From NCBI GenBank assembly GCA_002269645.1, contig NIVC01000527.1, forward strand, positions 1 through 64,000: 64,000 bases of DNA, read 5' to 3'. The stretch comes from Macrostomum lignano (Eukaryota). Positions within the stretch are counted from its first letter, which is position 1; each line of letters begins with the position of its first letter. Position numbers and translations under genes: made by a program. The notes beneath the pieces were generated by a model. The model worked only from the letters and a program-made list of their open reading frames with translations. It was not told where the DNA came from and made no database searches. This document shows positions 38,484 to 49,882 of the stretch, piece by piece.

Positions 38484-38703
38484 ATGCTTATGATATTCAA
38501 ATCTACTCAGATAATGTCCTGCTTCTGGCACATCTCAACTGCTCTGATTTTGGCCACCTGTCCGGCTTTGGTTGCTGCTCTGAACTACACGGTGTTGCCA
38601 TTGACAACCGGAGACAGCTCGCCCTGTCCCAGCCAGTGCTACTGTTCCTGGGACAGCAAGCATGTGCAGTGCAATCCTAATGGTCAGGAGTTCAACAGCT
38701 TTA
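38484..38703 (+). CDS. LRR-Ig protein, exon 1 (signal peptide + LRRNT)
   Basis: Hydrophobic [16 protein letters not shown], then [16 protein letters not shown] (LRRNT). Donor A|gtgagt at 38703 is phase 1. The start Met could be the third ATG. Confidence 0.8.
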
Positions 38704-38711
38704 GTGAGTAA

Positions 38712-39210
38712 ATGAGTGATTCAGTGGAGTGACTGAGTGATTCAGTGGAGTGACTGAGTGATTCAGGGGAGTGACTGGGTGATTCAGGGGAGTGACTGGG
38801 TGATCAGTGAAGTAACTGAGTGATCAGTGAAGTGACTGAGTGATTCAGGGGAGTGACTGGGTGATTCAGTGAAGTGACTGAGTGATCAGTGGAGTGACTG
38901 AGTGATCAGTGGAGTGACTGAGTGATCAGTGGAGTGACTGGGTGATTCAGGGGAGTGACTGGGTGATTCAGAGAAGTGACTGGATGATGATACAGTGAAG
39001 TGACTGAGTGATCAGTGAAGGGACTGAGTGATCAGTGAAGTGACTGAGTGATCAGTGGAGTGACTGGATGATTCAGTGAAGTGACTGAGTGATCAGTGGA
39101 GTGACTAAGTGATCAGTGGAGTGACTGAGTGATCAGTGGAGTGACTGAGTGATCAGTGGTGTGACTGGGTGATTCAGTGAAGTGACTGAGTGATCAGTGG
39201 AGTGACTGAG
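38712..39210. repeat. 20/21-bp minisatellite filling intron 1 of the LRR-Ig gene
   Basis: Unit gagtgatcagtggagtgact. Confidence 0.93.
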
Positions 39211-39219
39211 TGTCTGTAG

Positions 39220-39456
39220 AACAGCCTGGCAAGCCACCAATCCCGCCGCTGCCAGTCAAACAGGTGCCCCTGTGGACCGCCAGCCTGGTCGTGCTATGCG
39301 CACCGCAGCGAGGCTCCTCCATCCCATTGTCACTCAGGCCGGACGCGTTTCGCCACCTGTTGGACGCCAGGGAGATTTCGGTGCACAACTGCCCCATTGT
39401 CGAGCTGCCAGACGAACTGTTTGCCTACCTGCCACTGCTCAGCAGCGTCATTCTCA
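39220..39456 (+). CDS. LRR-Ig protein, exon 2
   Basis: Acceptor ctgtag| at 39220 and donor A|gtaggc at 39456, both phase 1. Encodes LRPDAFRHLLDAREISVHNCPIVELPDELFAYLPLLSSVIL. Confidence 0.85.
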
Positions 39457-39607
39457 GTAGGCTATTTCTATTTTTTTATTGTTCTGAATTCTGTATATAG
39501 TATATATTATCTAGGACAAAGTTGAAGTTGTACTTTTTAGCTAAGGTTTTATTTGCTCAGGGTTTGCCTTTTGTATGCTGCAAAGATCGATTTTTAACCA
39601 AAATTCT

Positions 39608-39626
39608 TCTACTTACTACTACCTAT

Positions 39627-39660
<34 letters not shown>

Positions 39661-39676
39661 GCTACTACTACTACTA
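39608..39676. repeat. (CTA)n microsatellite
   Basis: Run of cta triplets. Confidence 0.9.
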
Positions 39677-39702
39677 AAAGTTGCCCCATCCACCGCCTGC
39701 AG

Positions 39703-40568
39703 GAAATCTGCCCTTCGCCACCCTGCCGCCGCGCCTGTTCCGCGACAGTCCCAGCCTGCGGACGCTGTGGTTGACCCAGACTCCTCACTACTCCCGCCAG
39801 TCTGGCCGGCCGCTGGCCAACACGATCGTGTCCGACCTGCGTCTGACCGGCACCGGCCTGGACGGCGCCGGCCTGCTGGACCTGATCGCGCCTATCGCAG
39901 GCCGCCTTCACAAGTTGAGCTTCAACAACCGCGCCAGCCTCGCAGGACCGCTGCGCCTGCCGGCTGGCGCCTTCAACAACACGAGCTCTCTGGAGGAGCT
40001 GAACTTGTCCAACAACCAGCTGACAGACTTCGGCTTCCTTGAAGGCGTCAGCGCGTCACGGCTGCTGCTCAGCTACAATCCGGTTGGCTGGCCTGGCGAA
40101 CTCAGCTTCGCCGGGTTGCGGCCGAACTGGCGGCCGCAGGCGCTCGAGTTGAACCACGCCGGCCTGCAGCGATTCCCTCTGGGCGTTGAGACCGCCTTCC
40201 CGGCGCTACAGGAGCTGCTGCTGGCCAACAACGTCATCAAGGAGCTGCCGGCCGAGCCGCTGCTGGCCCTGAAGCGCCTCACCCAGCTGGATGTCGGCTC
40301 CAATCAGATCCGCCGGCTGGGCAGCGAGCTGAAGCCGGCGATGCTAGCGCTGCTGTACCGGGACAGATTCAAAGGCCACGTGTACCTGGCCGACAACCCG
40401 GTGCACTGCAACTGCGAGCTGAGCTGGATATTTGACAGCGCTGTGCTGCACAATAGCCTGCCGAAGAATGTCCTGTGCGCCAGCGGCGGTGAGCTGGGCG
40501 GGAAGCTGCTGATTTGGGCGCAGCCGCACCAGCTGCTCTGCCTGCCGCCCTCAAAGCCTGGCATCCAG
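39703..40568 (+). CDS. LRR-Ig protein, exon 3 (LRR array + LRRCT)
   Basis: Acceptor ctgcag| at 39703 (phase 1). Repeats LEELNLSNNQL, LQELLLANNVI and LTQLDVGSNQI; LRRCT NPVHCNCELSWI...C...C. Donor CAG|gtgcac at 40568 (phase 0). Confidence 0.9.
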
Positions 40569-41282
40569 GTGCACATCGCCGTGTCAAAGTCGAAGAAGCC
40601 AACCTTCGATATGTTGAACTTTCAACCAGTTGGCAATGGGGTGAGCAACGACAAAATGCAGTCTAAAGTTTTACTAACTAGATGGCGAGGAATGTTGCTT
40701 TTAACACACAGGTATAGTTGCTCTTGCCGTCTACGATAATTTAGAAAATCTTAACTATGGGGCATGAAAGTGCAAGACACCAAATTAACCAAGACAACAA
40801 AGGTAAAGTTTTTGCGGAAGCAGAATCGTTAGATTGATGAAGACACTGGCCGGTCAGCTACAGTATAGAAGTCCCTCCGCGGCTGGATCTAAGAAGAATC
40901 CTCACTGCTGATTTGACACGGGGGTACTCCGGCCGGAAAAGAGAGAAATTGCGGAGTAGAGGAAAAGAAAAAGCTTCGTCCAGCTTCCCCTCCCGCTTCA
41001 TCGGGTAATTCCAGGCAAATTTAAAGAAGAAGAATGGGTTCTCTCAGCATGCTGAGCTGAGCCTGGAATCCGGGCTTCTTGGCGCTTCCGAAAGTCATTC
41101 GTTCTTGTCAGATGCTACCAATAGCTTTTGAAAGATATTTTTAGTGTATTGGATATTATGCAAAATAAATAGAAAAATTGCATTAGCGAAGAGTCCCAGA
41201 GTGTACTTTCAAATTGTTCGCGCTGCTAGCTGACGGAAGTGGCTAATCAAGGCTTTTCGATGATATGAAATTTTGAACTTTT

Positions 41283-41875
41283 AGAATTTCGAGCTTGTGA
41301 AATTTCGAGCTTTTAAACTTAAATTCGAGCTTGTGAGCCATAATTCGAGCTTGTGAGCCTTAATTCAAGCTTATGAGCCTTAATTTCGAGCTTGTGAAAT
41401 TTCGAGCTTGTGAGCCTTAATTTCGAGCTTGTGAGCCATAATTCGAGCTTGTGAGCCATAATTCGAACTTGTGAGCCATAAGTTCGAGCTTGTGAGCCTT
41501 AATTTCGAGCTTGTGAGCCATAATTCGAGCTTGTGAGCCATAAGTTCGAGCTTGTGAGCCTTAATTTCGAGCTTGTGAGCCATAATTCGAGCTTGTGAGC
41601 AATAATTCGAGCTTGTGAGCCTTAATTTCGAGCTTGTGAGCCTTTATTTCGAGCAGTTTATCAGTCAGAGGTCAGTGGGGAGAGGGGTCAAAGGACAGTG
41701 GGGAGTCAAAGGACATTGCGGGAGTCAGAGGACAGTGGGGGAGTCAGAGGACAGTGGGGGAGTCAGAGGACAGTGGGGGAGTCAGAGGACAGTGGGGGAG
41801 TCAGAGGACAGTGGGAGAGTCAGCCATAATTCGAGCTCGTGAGCCATAATTTCGAGCTTGTGAGCCATAATTTCT
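41283..41875. repeat. 20/21-bp minisatellite interrupted by a 19/20-bp G-rich minisatellite
   Basis: (ttcgagcttgtgagccataa)n at 41283-41655 and 41820-41875, flanking (gggggagtcagaggacagt)n at ~41665-41822. Confidence 0.92.
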
Positions 41876-42572
41876 AAGTTCAGTTTCAGCTTTCAGCTCG
41901 GATCGGACATAATCTGGATTGAGAATAATTTTAGAAGAAACATTAAGGCTAAAAGGCTAGGAGTTCGGCACTCGAAATGATGGAGGCAGGCCAAGAGGCT
42001 TGAGGCTTGCACGCGAATATTCGAGTTGATGATGATTTGAGGCTGAGCCGGGCCGCTCCGACGATGAAAAGATGCGGAGAATAAAAACGTAGAAAATTAC
42101 TTGTAGTCAAGCTCTTTCTACTTTTCCTTAGCTAGCACTACTCATCATCTTCATCAGTGAGTCAGTCATGCCAGAGTATAATGCTGCACTATGTATAACA
42201 GTAGCTGCAGCCTTTGAGGTCCCTGAGCGCCTCGATGATGGCGCTAAGAGGGCGGAGAATCATGCAGCCAACAGCTGGTCACGTTTTCTTGACGAATCGA
42301 GTTCTTTCTCGGTTTAATGATGATGGAAACTGGAGGAAATGAACCCTACGATCTGGAATTCCCTTAATGGCTGTGGTGGGAGAGGCTGGCAGTCAGAGGC
42401 CTACATGTAAGCCTGCCAACTTTAGACTGATTGCACATCAGTCTAGAGGGAGTTGACGCTGTTGAAAGATTTCGCTTAATGAGTTCACTATGATATGAAT
42501 ATTGCCTCCCTTGTAGTAATTAACGAATGCCATTGACATCTCTGCAAGATCTACTTCCGCCACTTGCGGAGT

Positions 42573-43045
42573 CGATGGCGCCACGCGCATTAGGTATCGG
42601 GGCGCTACCTACACTAGGTATCGATGGCGCCACCCACATAAGGTATCGATGGCGCCACCCACATAAGGTATCGATGGCGCCACCCACATAAGGTATCGAT
42701 GGCGCCACCCACATAAGGTATCGATGGCGCCACCCATTAGGTATCGATGGCTCCACCCACATAAGGTATCGATGGCGCCACCCACATAAGGTATCGATGG
42801 CGCCACCCATTAGGTATCGATGGCGCCACCCATTAGGTATCGATGGCTCCACCCACATAAGGTATCGATGGCGCCACCCATTAGGTATCAGGGCGCCACC
42901 CAAATTTAGGTGTCGGGGCGCCACATTAGGTCCACCACATTAGATATCGATGGCGCCACCCATTAGGTATCAGGGCGCCACCCATATTTAGGTATCAGGG
43001 AGCTACCCACATTAAGTATCGGGGCGCCACCCACATTAGGTATCT
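42573..43045. repeat. 23/25-bp minisatellite
   Basis: Unit ggtatcgatggcgccacccacataa or ggtatcgatggcgccacccatta. Confidence 0.92.
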
Positions 43046-43194
43046 ACTATTAGTATGGCACCACTTTGACTTACTTGACTTAGCTGCAGGGGACTCCGTG
43101 CGTCCGGAAACAGCGAGGAGGCGTTGCCGCCCATTTCGCTAACCCCTGGCGAATGGCACCACTTTAGTGAAGATAAAACTTCAATAACCTGCAG

Positions 43195-43686
43195 GCGGAT
43201 CCACTTTCGGATGTGCAGCAGCACCAGCTGCCAGCCGGGTCCACGGCCCAGCTCATCTGCAGCTCCGACGGCGATCCCGCGCCGACACTTCGATGGCTCT
43301 GGCAGGATGACCTGTTGAAGCAGGCCGGCGCGCCGCGCTTTCAATCGGCTTCGTCCATCGGCATTCAGCAGCGCCCCACCAGCCGACTGGTGCTGCTCGT
43401 CCACCAGTCGCAGATGCTGAATCGCAGAATGCGGCTCACCTGCTCAGCGACAGCCGCCGGCACTGACGGGTCCGTCAACTCCACAGTGACGCTGGTCAGC
43501 GAGGTGGCGATTCCCAGCTCGACAGTCCAGCCGCCGCAGCCGCCGCAGCCGCCGCAGCCGCCGCGTCCTGGCGGGCATCAGCAGAAAGATGGCGAGAACT
43601 TGGCTAATCAGAGCCGTCCGGACAAGCACGGCCTGTTACTATGGCAACTGGTTTTACTAACCGCCTGGCTGCTTAGGCAGTTGTGA
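43195..43686 (+). CDS. LRR-Ig protein, exon 4 (Ig domain, Pro/Gln linker, hydrophobic C-terminus)
   Basis: Acceptor ctgcag|GCG at 43195 (phase 0). Ig motifs TAQLICSSDGDPAPTLRW and LTCSA; the protein ends LLLWQLVLLTAWLLRQL*. The joined CDS is 1815 nt (604 aa). Confidence 0.88.
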   Translation, partial: ADPLSDVQQHQLPAGSTAQLICSSDGDPAPTLRWLWQDDLLKQAGAPRFQSASSIGIQQRPTSRLVLLVHQSQMLNRRMRLTCSATAAGTDGSVNSTVTLVSEVAIPSSTVQPPQPPQPPQPPRPGGHQQKDGENLANQSRPDKHGLLLWQLVLLTAWLLRQL

Positions 43687-46600
43687 AAAAAAGTGTGTTT
43701 TTTTGTTTTACTTTTTCTGTGCATTTATGCAGGCAGGAAGTCTTCCGCGAATTAGTCTAGATATTTTTCGAATTAGGCAGCGACTCAAAAGGGTCTAAGC
43801 TTATCAGGGGCGTTGTGATGGATTTTATGGTGATGGGAAGGAGAGGCCAACTAAGGTGTGACGATTAGTTAATGGCGTAACGATCAATAAAGTGGCTAAT
43901 TTTTTTGCCCCCCCCCCAATATCTCTATTGCTATTAATTAACTCAAGAAAAGATTATGACAAAATAAATTACTATTTGATTATTTGATTCAGCTTCTTAC
44001 GCTTGTAAAAGTACCCGGTATGGGCCACTTGGGTCACAGCTGGCCGTCTTGACAACCTTGACAACCGTCTTGATCATAGGCCTAAGTTTATCTTGGGGGG
44101 GGGGGACAATGTATGCATGCTGACGGCTTCGTGGCCTGGGTCTGGTCTTGGTCAATTAAATATAATCGCTGTTACATATGTACTTCCGTTTGTAGTCAGC
44201 CTGTTTGGGATTTGCAGCTTTTGAATATTTATTTTTTTTCTGCTCTGACCTGACAAAGTTACGAGTAATAAACCCAGAAACTCTATCAAATTTAATTCAA
44301 ACTGCAATTCATATCCAGTTTTTTCAAACAAAATAAAGTTTTATTCTACATGTGGAGTGCTGACACGTTACTTATTATTTAGTGACTGAATTTTGTCATT
44401 GAATGTACTGCCTTGTATTTACCTTTGCTATAATAGAAGTGTTTAAGTGTTTGTTATTGGAAAATTAATTAAATGTTGCTGTATTAAAAGAGACAGGCAT
44501 AAGGTCGCTGTTGTTTTAATTCAGAAGTTTCGATTTTTTGTCAAACTGAATAGCAAGAATGGTTTAAAAAGTATATTTTGTTATGTGTAGCATGGGTTTA
44601 GTGCAGCTAGTGGCTGTTTTTCGTGTTTGGTTGGTATTTTATAGCTATAAATAAGGTGCACGGCAAGATGACAATTATTTTAATTTTAAAGACCTATTCT
44701 AGTACAAGCGATAAGTGGACTATATGCAACCAAAAATCACGAAATGGATTTTTCAAAATCGACCACTTTTTAGCTTTTTGTCATAGTCAACAATTCCAGT
44801 CAGTGCTTTCTGCATACTCTTCGGGGTAGTATCTAGTATCATTTTATACTTTATATAGCAATCATACAATCTGGATCCACGAGGCTACAGAGTAAAATTT
44901 TAAACAGTATACTGGAAGAAGATTCGTTCACAAGCATCGCCCCACATTGTGCTTGTCATCTATTTATATATTCATATTCATATATTTTATCATATATATA
45001 TATCATATATATTCATCAGACATGACTGTTCTGCGGTCCTTGTGGGTTTTTTGAATGTGCCCTTATCGATAGCTGGCCCTCTTGAAATGATATTTTTTCA
45101 AACAAGACGAAAACTCAATGAATAAAAACCCAATCATGCAGTTTGTCCCTCATTTTTCCCAAATAATCTCAAATCTAGCTTAAGTTCTTAAACTAAAACC
45201 CGATCTCATTCTTCAGATCTCTATGATAGCTATACTATGCATAAATTTTATTCTTTCACTGAAGTCAAAGCATGACTTTTTAATTCTATCACGATCATGT
45301 AATAAAATAATTCTATAATAATTTAAATCAGGTAGCGCAGGATATTACGAGTACTTTATTACCACTGTTTTCAGAAATTATTTTTAGTAGCAGCTACTGT
45401 TCAAAAAACACATGTACAAAAGCAACTTCGTTTATTTTGTGCAGAAGTATTCTTAAAAATCTTTATGATAGTCAGAAATTTGTTATACTGAGTGAAATTG
45501 GTCTATTTCGCGCTAATTTTTAAAAAAATAGTTTTAGTTAACGCTATAATATATCAACTAAGGACGACTTAAGTCTACTTAAGTCGTCCTTGATATTAAC
45601 ATTTCAACTACGTGGACCACCACTGTACTGTACATAACTAGTACCATTTACCACTGTACTATCCCTGGTTGGACTGACACTTAGATCGTATCCTATAATC
45701 TTGAACGAGTTTTACAGTAGTTATCATTAAGGCATATATTAAGATACGTAGTTTGAATAATGTCGTTTGATTTTTTCAGTGATCTGTTCATACTAGTCTT
45801 GCTTTCGTGAAGATTCTGATATTAATTATTAAGTTTATTTTTTAAATTTATTAACATGTTCACACGATCATTAATATTTTACTATTTTACTGATGCTTTT
45901 CATCAACAGCCAAGCCAAATGTAAACAATATTTACTTTAGTAATATTATTCAAATTTTCTTTTTATTAACACACTGTCCCATTTCTGTTATGTTTTTGTG
46001 TGCATGACACCAGTTTCTGTGTATATTAATGTATGTTGGTTTACTATATGGTGACAGTAGATACTGACATTACATTAATACTAATAGTGCAATACCTCTG
46101 CCTAATTTATTCAATAAAGTGCTTGCTAACCATTGATTAAGTAAAAACTGGTGACACAATTTACACACTTGATCTCATTTCATATAATTATGACATTTCG
46201 TGTTTTATCAGTTTACTAAATCAAAGGTATATGCATTAGTTGTTTCATGAGTCGAAGAGCAACATTTATATACAAGCTACCTTGTCTTTATTTTAGTTGG
46301 GGCATATATACTTGTAGCTTATAGTTTTCTATTTTTTATAATGTTAGAAAACTAATAATTCATCATGATTTTCATCTGTAAATGTTCTTAATGTAATATA
46401 TAAAATCAAAAAATTCTCAACCATATAAGTTTTTAGTGTATTTTTATATTTTGTAAATATTTGACTTGCTTAAAATTTTTATAAGCTATATTTTATTGAA
46501 CATTTAGTATACAAGTATGTCAAATATAATAAATTATTTAAAAAAATTAACTACTATATTTCTATAGAGTCATCTAAACATCTGAGCATCATATAATAAT

Positions 46601-46823
46601 TTAGTCGAAAAATATTAAGTAAAAACTGTCTGTCTCTATTAATTAATCAATACTAGGACCTAAATAATTTGTAAGATCTGTAATCGTGACTAACATTAAA
46701 GGGTTAGAGTTTTCTACTTTTAGTGAAGCAAAGGTGTATTTTTTTTTGTTGATAGCTTTCAAAAGATTTAATATCATAATAAGCATACATACTTACCTGT
46801 AAAAATATCATTCATGTCTTGAA

Positions 46824-46946
46824 ATGACACCGTCCATTAAACTGTTTCTGACCAGCGCTTTCTTACTAATTAGCTGCACCCACAGTGTCCCAGTTTCGAA
46901 AGAGGAAAAGAAAGCTGAATCAGAAAGATTGCCTGATAATGTTTTG
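46824..46946 (+). CDS. NUCB: Nucleobindin, exon 1 (signal peptide)
   Basis: MTPSIKLFLTSAFLLISCTHS-VPVSKEE; donor TTG|gtaagt, phase 0. Confidence 0.8.
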
Positions 46947-47036
46947 GTAAGTTATATTTTATGTACATGTAGTTGAAATAAAAGCCAGCATATAAAATTC
47001 TAACTAGCATAATTGTCCATTTAACACTCATCTCAG

Positions 47037-47129
47037 CCGGATGTCTCGTACAGACAGTATCTGTCCGAAGTGATTAGCGCCATGGAGAGCGACAAAGAAT
47101 TCGCCAATCGACTTCGGAGTATGAATGAT
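47037..47129 (+). CDS. NUCB: Nucleobindin, exon 2
   Basis: PDVSYRQYLSEVISAMESDKEFANRLRSMND (cf. NUCB Y.RYL.EVI..LE.D..F.EKL); ag/gt sites, phase 0. Confidence 0.88.
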
Positions 47130-47230
47130 GTGAGTGTTGGAATGATTTTTGGACTTTCAATTAACACCAGTATAATAAATGACTAAATTCACCAGCTTCA
47201 GTGTGTATTGCCTAAATCTCAATCCATCAG

Positions 47231-47362
47231 TCCGACGAAATGGCTAACCAGCTTGAATTCGCCAGCCACTCCGTGCGCAACCGCCTTGACGAGATCAAAC
47301 GACAGGAGGTGGAACGACTCAATGAGCTTGAAAAAGCGCTTGAAGACAAACTGGCCTTAAAG
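47231..47362 (+). CDS. NUCB: Nucleobindin, exon 3
   Basis: SDEMANQLEFASHSVRNRLDEIKRQEVERL (cf. [24 protein letters not shown]). Confidence 0.92.
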
Positions 47363-47505
47363 GTGTGAATTTATTTCTGTTTTGTTTACTCGATATTCAA
47401 CTAGCCTGAACTTCTTGGACTTCAGTAATTGAATCGCTTACGTTTTGAGCAGTTCTTAACTATTTTTAGTCACATTTATCACCATCCTCCAGCTGACCTC
47501 TGTCC

Positions 47506-48330
47506 ACCCGTTGAAAACGTTACCGTGACAAGAATCGCTAAAAAGTCTTTGGAAACAACTGTCTAGTGACTGTTGCGACTTTGAGGCGACTCTTGTGACT
47601 TTTTAACAACTCAAACGCGTCTAATGTGACGGAGAGGCGACTGTTGCGTCACAAGCGCGTCACGTAAGTTGTAGAATCGTAAAAGAGTCGCGAAAGAGTC
47701 GTCCAAGAATCGATGTGTTGGCGCTGACTTTCTCTAGAGATGTGACTCTGGTTAATCAAGCGATGTGAATGCGCTTCAAACACAACTCGGTGACTCTACA
47801 GCGTTTCTAACATGCCTCAATTGCGACTCTACGGACCCCAGAGTCGTTATACCGTCGCCCCAGAATCGTTTCATAGTCGCAGACAACAAAACGCTTCACT
47901 CTTTGACGACTTTCAGGCCACTTGTGCCGTAACATCTCGTCGTTTTAGAGTCGTTTAAAGCCAATTCTTTCCCGATAAAAACGGGATCGTCCGGCCAGAG
48001 TCATTTCAGAGTCGTTGCAGGTAACACAGGTAAAATAGAAAAAGAAGAAAAGCGCGAACACAACGATTCTTGGACGACTCTTTCGCGACTCTTTTACAAT
48101 TCTAAAACTCACGTGACACGCTTGTGACGCAACAGTCGCATTAGATGCGTTTGAGTCGTTAAAAAGTCACTAGAGTTGTCCAAAAGTCGCTAGAGTCACC
48201 AGTGAGTTGTTTGTAACGACTTTTTTAGCGATCCTTGTCACGTTAACGTTTTCAACGGGTTTCCTAATTTTACCTGTGTAATCTGCAACGATTCTGAAAC
48301 GACCCTGGGCGACGCACGTGACTCTGGGAG
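47506..48330. mobile_element. Composite MITE-like inverted-repeat element in NUCB intron 3
   Basis: ~220-bp imperfect TIRs, acccgttgaaaacgtta... at 47506 and ...aacgttttcaacgggt at 48260. A second, overlapping inverted pair lies at 47985-48040 / 48261-48315. Confidence 0.75.
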
Positions 48331-48453
48331 GCTTCTTGGCCAAGGTATTGTTTTCATTGGGCTAATAGCAAGTTTTAATTTCTCTCTTGTTTCTCAATCT
48401 CCTCTCTGCTCACAAGCAATTGCCAAGTCTCTCAACATCGCTTGCGCTCTCAG

Positions 48454-48783
48454 GCCAACCCAGGCAAAGCGTCCCGCGCCAAGTTCCGCTTTGGGCTGCA
48501 GAGCCTGGACGAGGCTACAATCAAACGGGCTCATCTGGACCATTCGAATCCGCACACATTCGAAATAGCCGACCTGCAGAAGCTAATTAACCAGGTGACG
48601 CAGGACATTGACCAGGTGGACCAGGCGCGCGAGGCCGAGTACAAACGCTACGAGATGGGCAAGGAGCACAGCCGGCGGGCCAGACTGCGCCGCATCAAGG
48701 ATAAGAAAGCGCGGGAAGCGGCCGAACAGCAGATGCGGGCTGAGAGGGAACGGCACCGCAGGCACGAGCGGGTGCATCAACCG
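48454..48783 (+). CDS. NUCB: Nucleobindin, exon 4
   Basis: HLDHSNPHTFEIADLQKLI...EYKRYEMGKEH...RHERVHQP; ctcag| and |gtgagc, phase 0. Confidence 0.95.
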
Positions 48784-48830
48784 GTGAGCAGTGAAGCTCT
48801 GATCGAATAGTGTCTGGAGTGGAATTTGAC

Positions 48831-49808
48831 CATGAAGGAAAGAATAGAATGGAGTGCTAATCTGAGCCAGTTATTTTTGTCTCGCTCGTTCTTCACTTTT
48901 AGCATCCATTTCCCCCGGTCCTTCCTATTGGCTGAAAGCATATTTTGATGTAAGCTCGTACTATGCTGGGACCATAGATCATATATTCCCTAGATAAGCC
49001 ACTCAGCGACCACAAGCATGCCCATATAGGGCCGAATTGTATTTCTTGACAGTTTTTGCGACCACGGTACCAGGTCAGTAGCTTGTGCGAGTATCAAGAG
49101 TTTTTTAAAGGCATATTTAGCTATTTTCAGTATAATGCCTGCAAATGATGTATATTTCACTTAAGCCAACGAATGGAAAATTGTTATTCAAACAAAACAG
49201 TTAAACATGCAAATGAAATACATGTCCCTTAAGCTATTGACCTCAGACTTGTCTCAGGCGCTGTCGGCTTAAATAGATTTTCTTGCAATTTGCGTGATCG
49301 GTCTTTTCCAATTGAATTCATTGAGAGTGGCCTATCTAGGAAATATAAGATCTATGGCAGGGACAGACCTTTCAGACGGGGGCGAAAACGAAAATGACTT
49401 TGTCTATGACAGTCACGAGCCAATAGGAAGGAACGGGGGGTTGTCTATGACAGTCACGAGCCAATAGGAAGGAACGGGGGTTGTCTATGACAGTCACGAG
49501 CCAATAGGAAGGAACGGGGGGTTGTCTATGACAGTCACGAGCCAATAGGAAGGAACGGGGGTTGTCTATGACAGTCACGAGCCAATAGGAAGGAACGGGG
49601 GGTTGTCTATGACAGTCACGAGCCAATAGGAAGGAACGGGGGGTTGTCTATGACAGTCACGAGCCAATAGGAAGGAACGGGGGGTTGTCTATGACAGTTA
49701 CGAGCCAATAGGAAGGAACGGGGGGGGGAAGGGATCCGAAAAGTGAAGATCAAATGAGACAGAAATAACTGGCTCAGATTAGCACTCCATTCTATTCTTT
49801 CCTCCATG
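48831..49808. mobile_element. hAT-type non-autonomous element (978 bp) with ~95-bp TIRs and 8-bp TSD
   Basis: TSD aatttgac at 48823-48830 and 49809-49816. TIR catg(a/g)aggaaagaatagaatggagtgctaatctgagccagttattt. A 41-42-bp tandem array sits at 49385-49725. Confidence 0.85.
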
Positions 49809-49882
49809 AATTTGACTCTATCTTTGTCAAAAATGATAGCGCTCACATTCTTATTTTTACTATCCATATTCATAAATTTCAG

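Noticed and set aside
35842-38500. ANVGWQTSAGKRRL, PADVCQPTFASRRL and RGDL repeat ORFs
   Set aside because: Translations of the 14-bp and 12-bp repeats, open in many frames on both strands.
46789-46799. U1 snRNA gene
   Set aside because: Only the first 11 nt match; the following sequence is AT-rich with no U1 stem-loops or Sm site.
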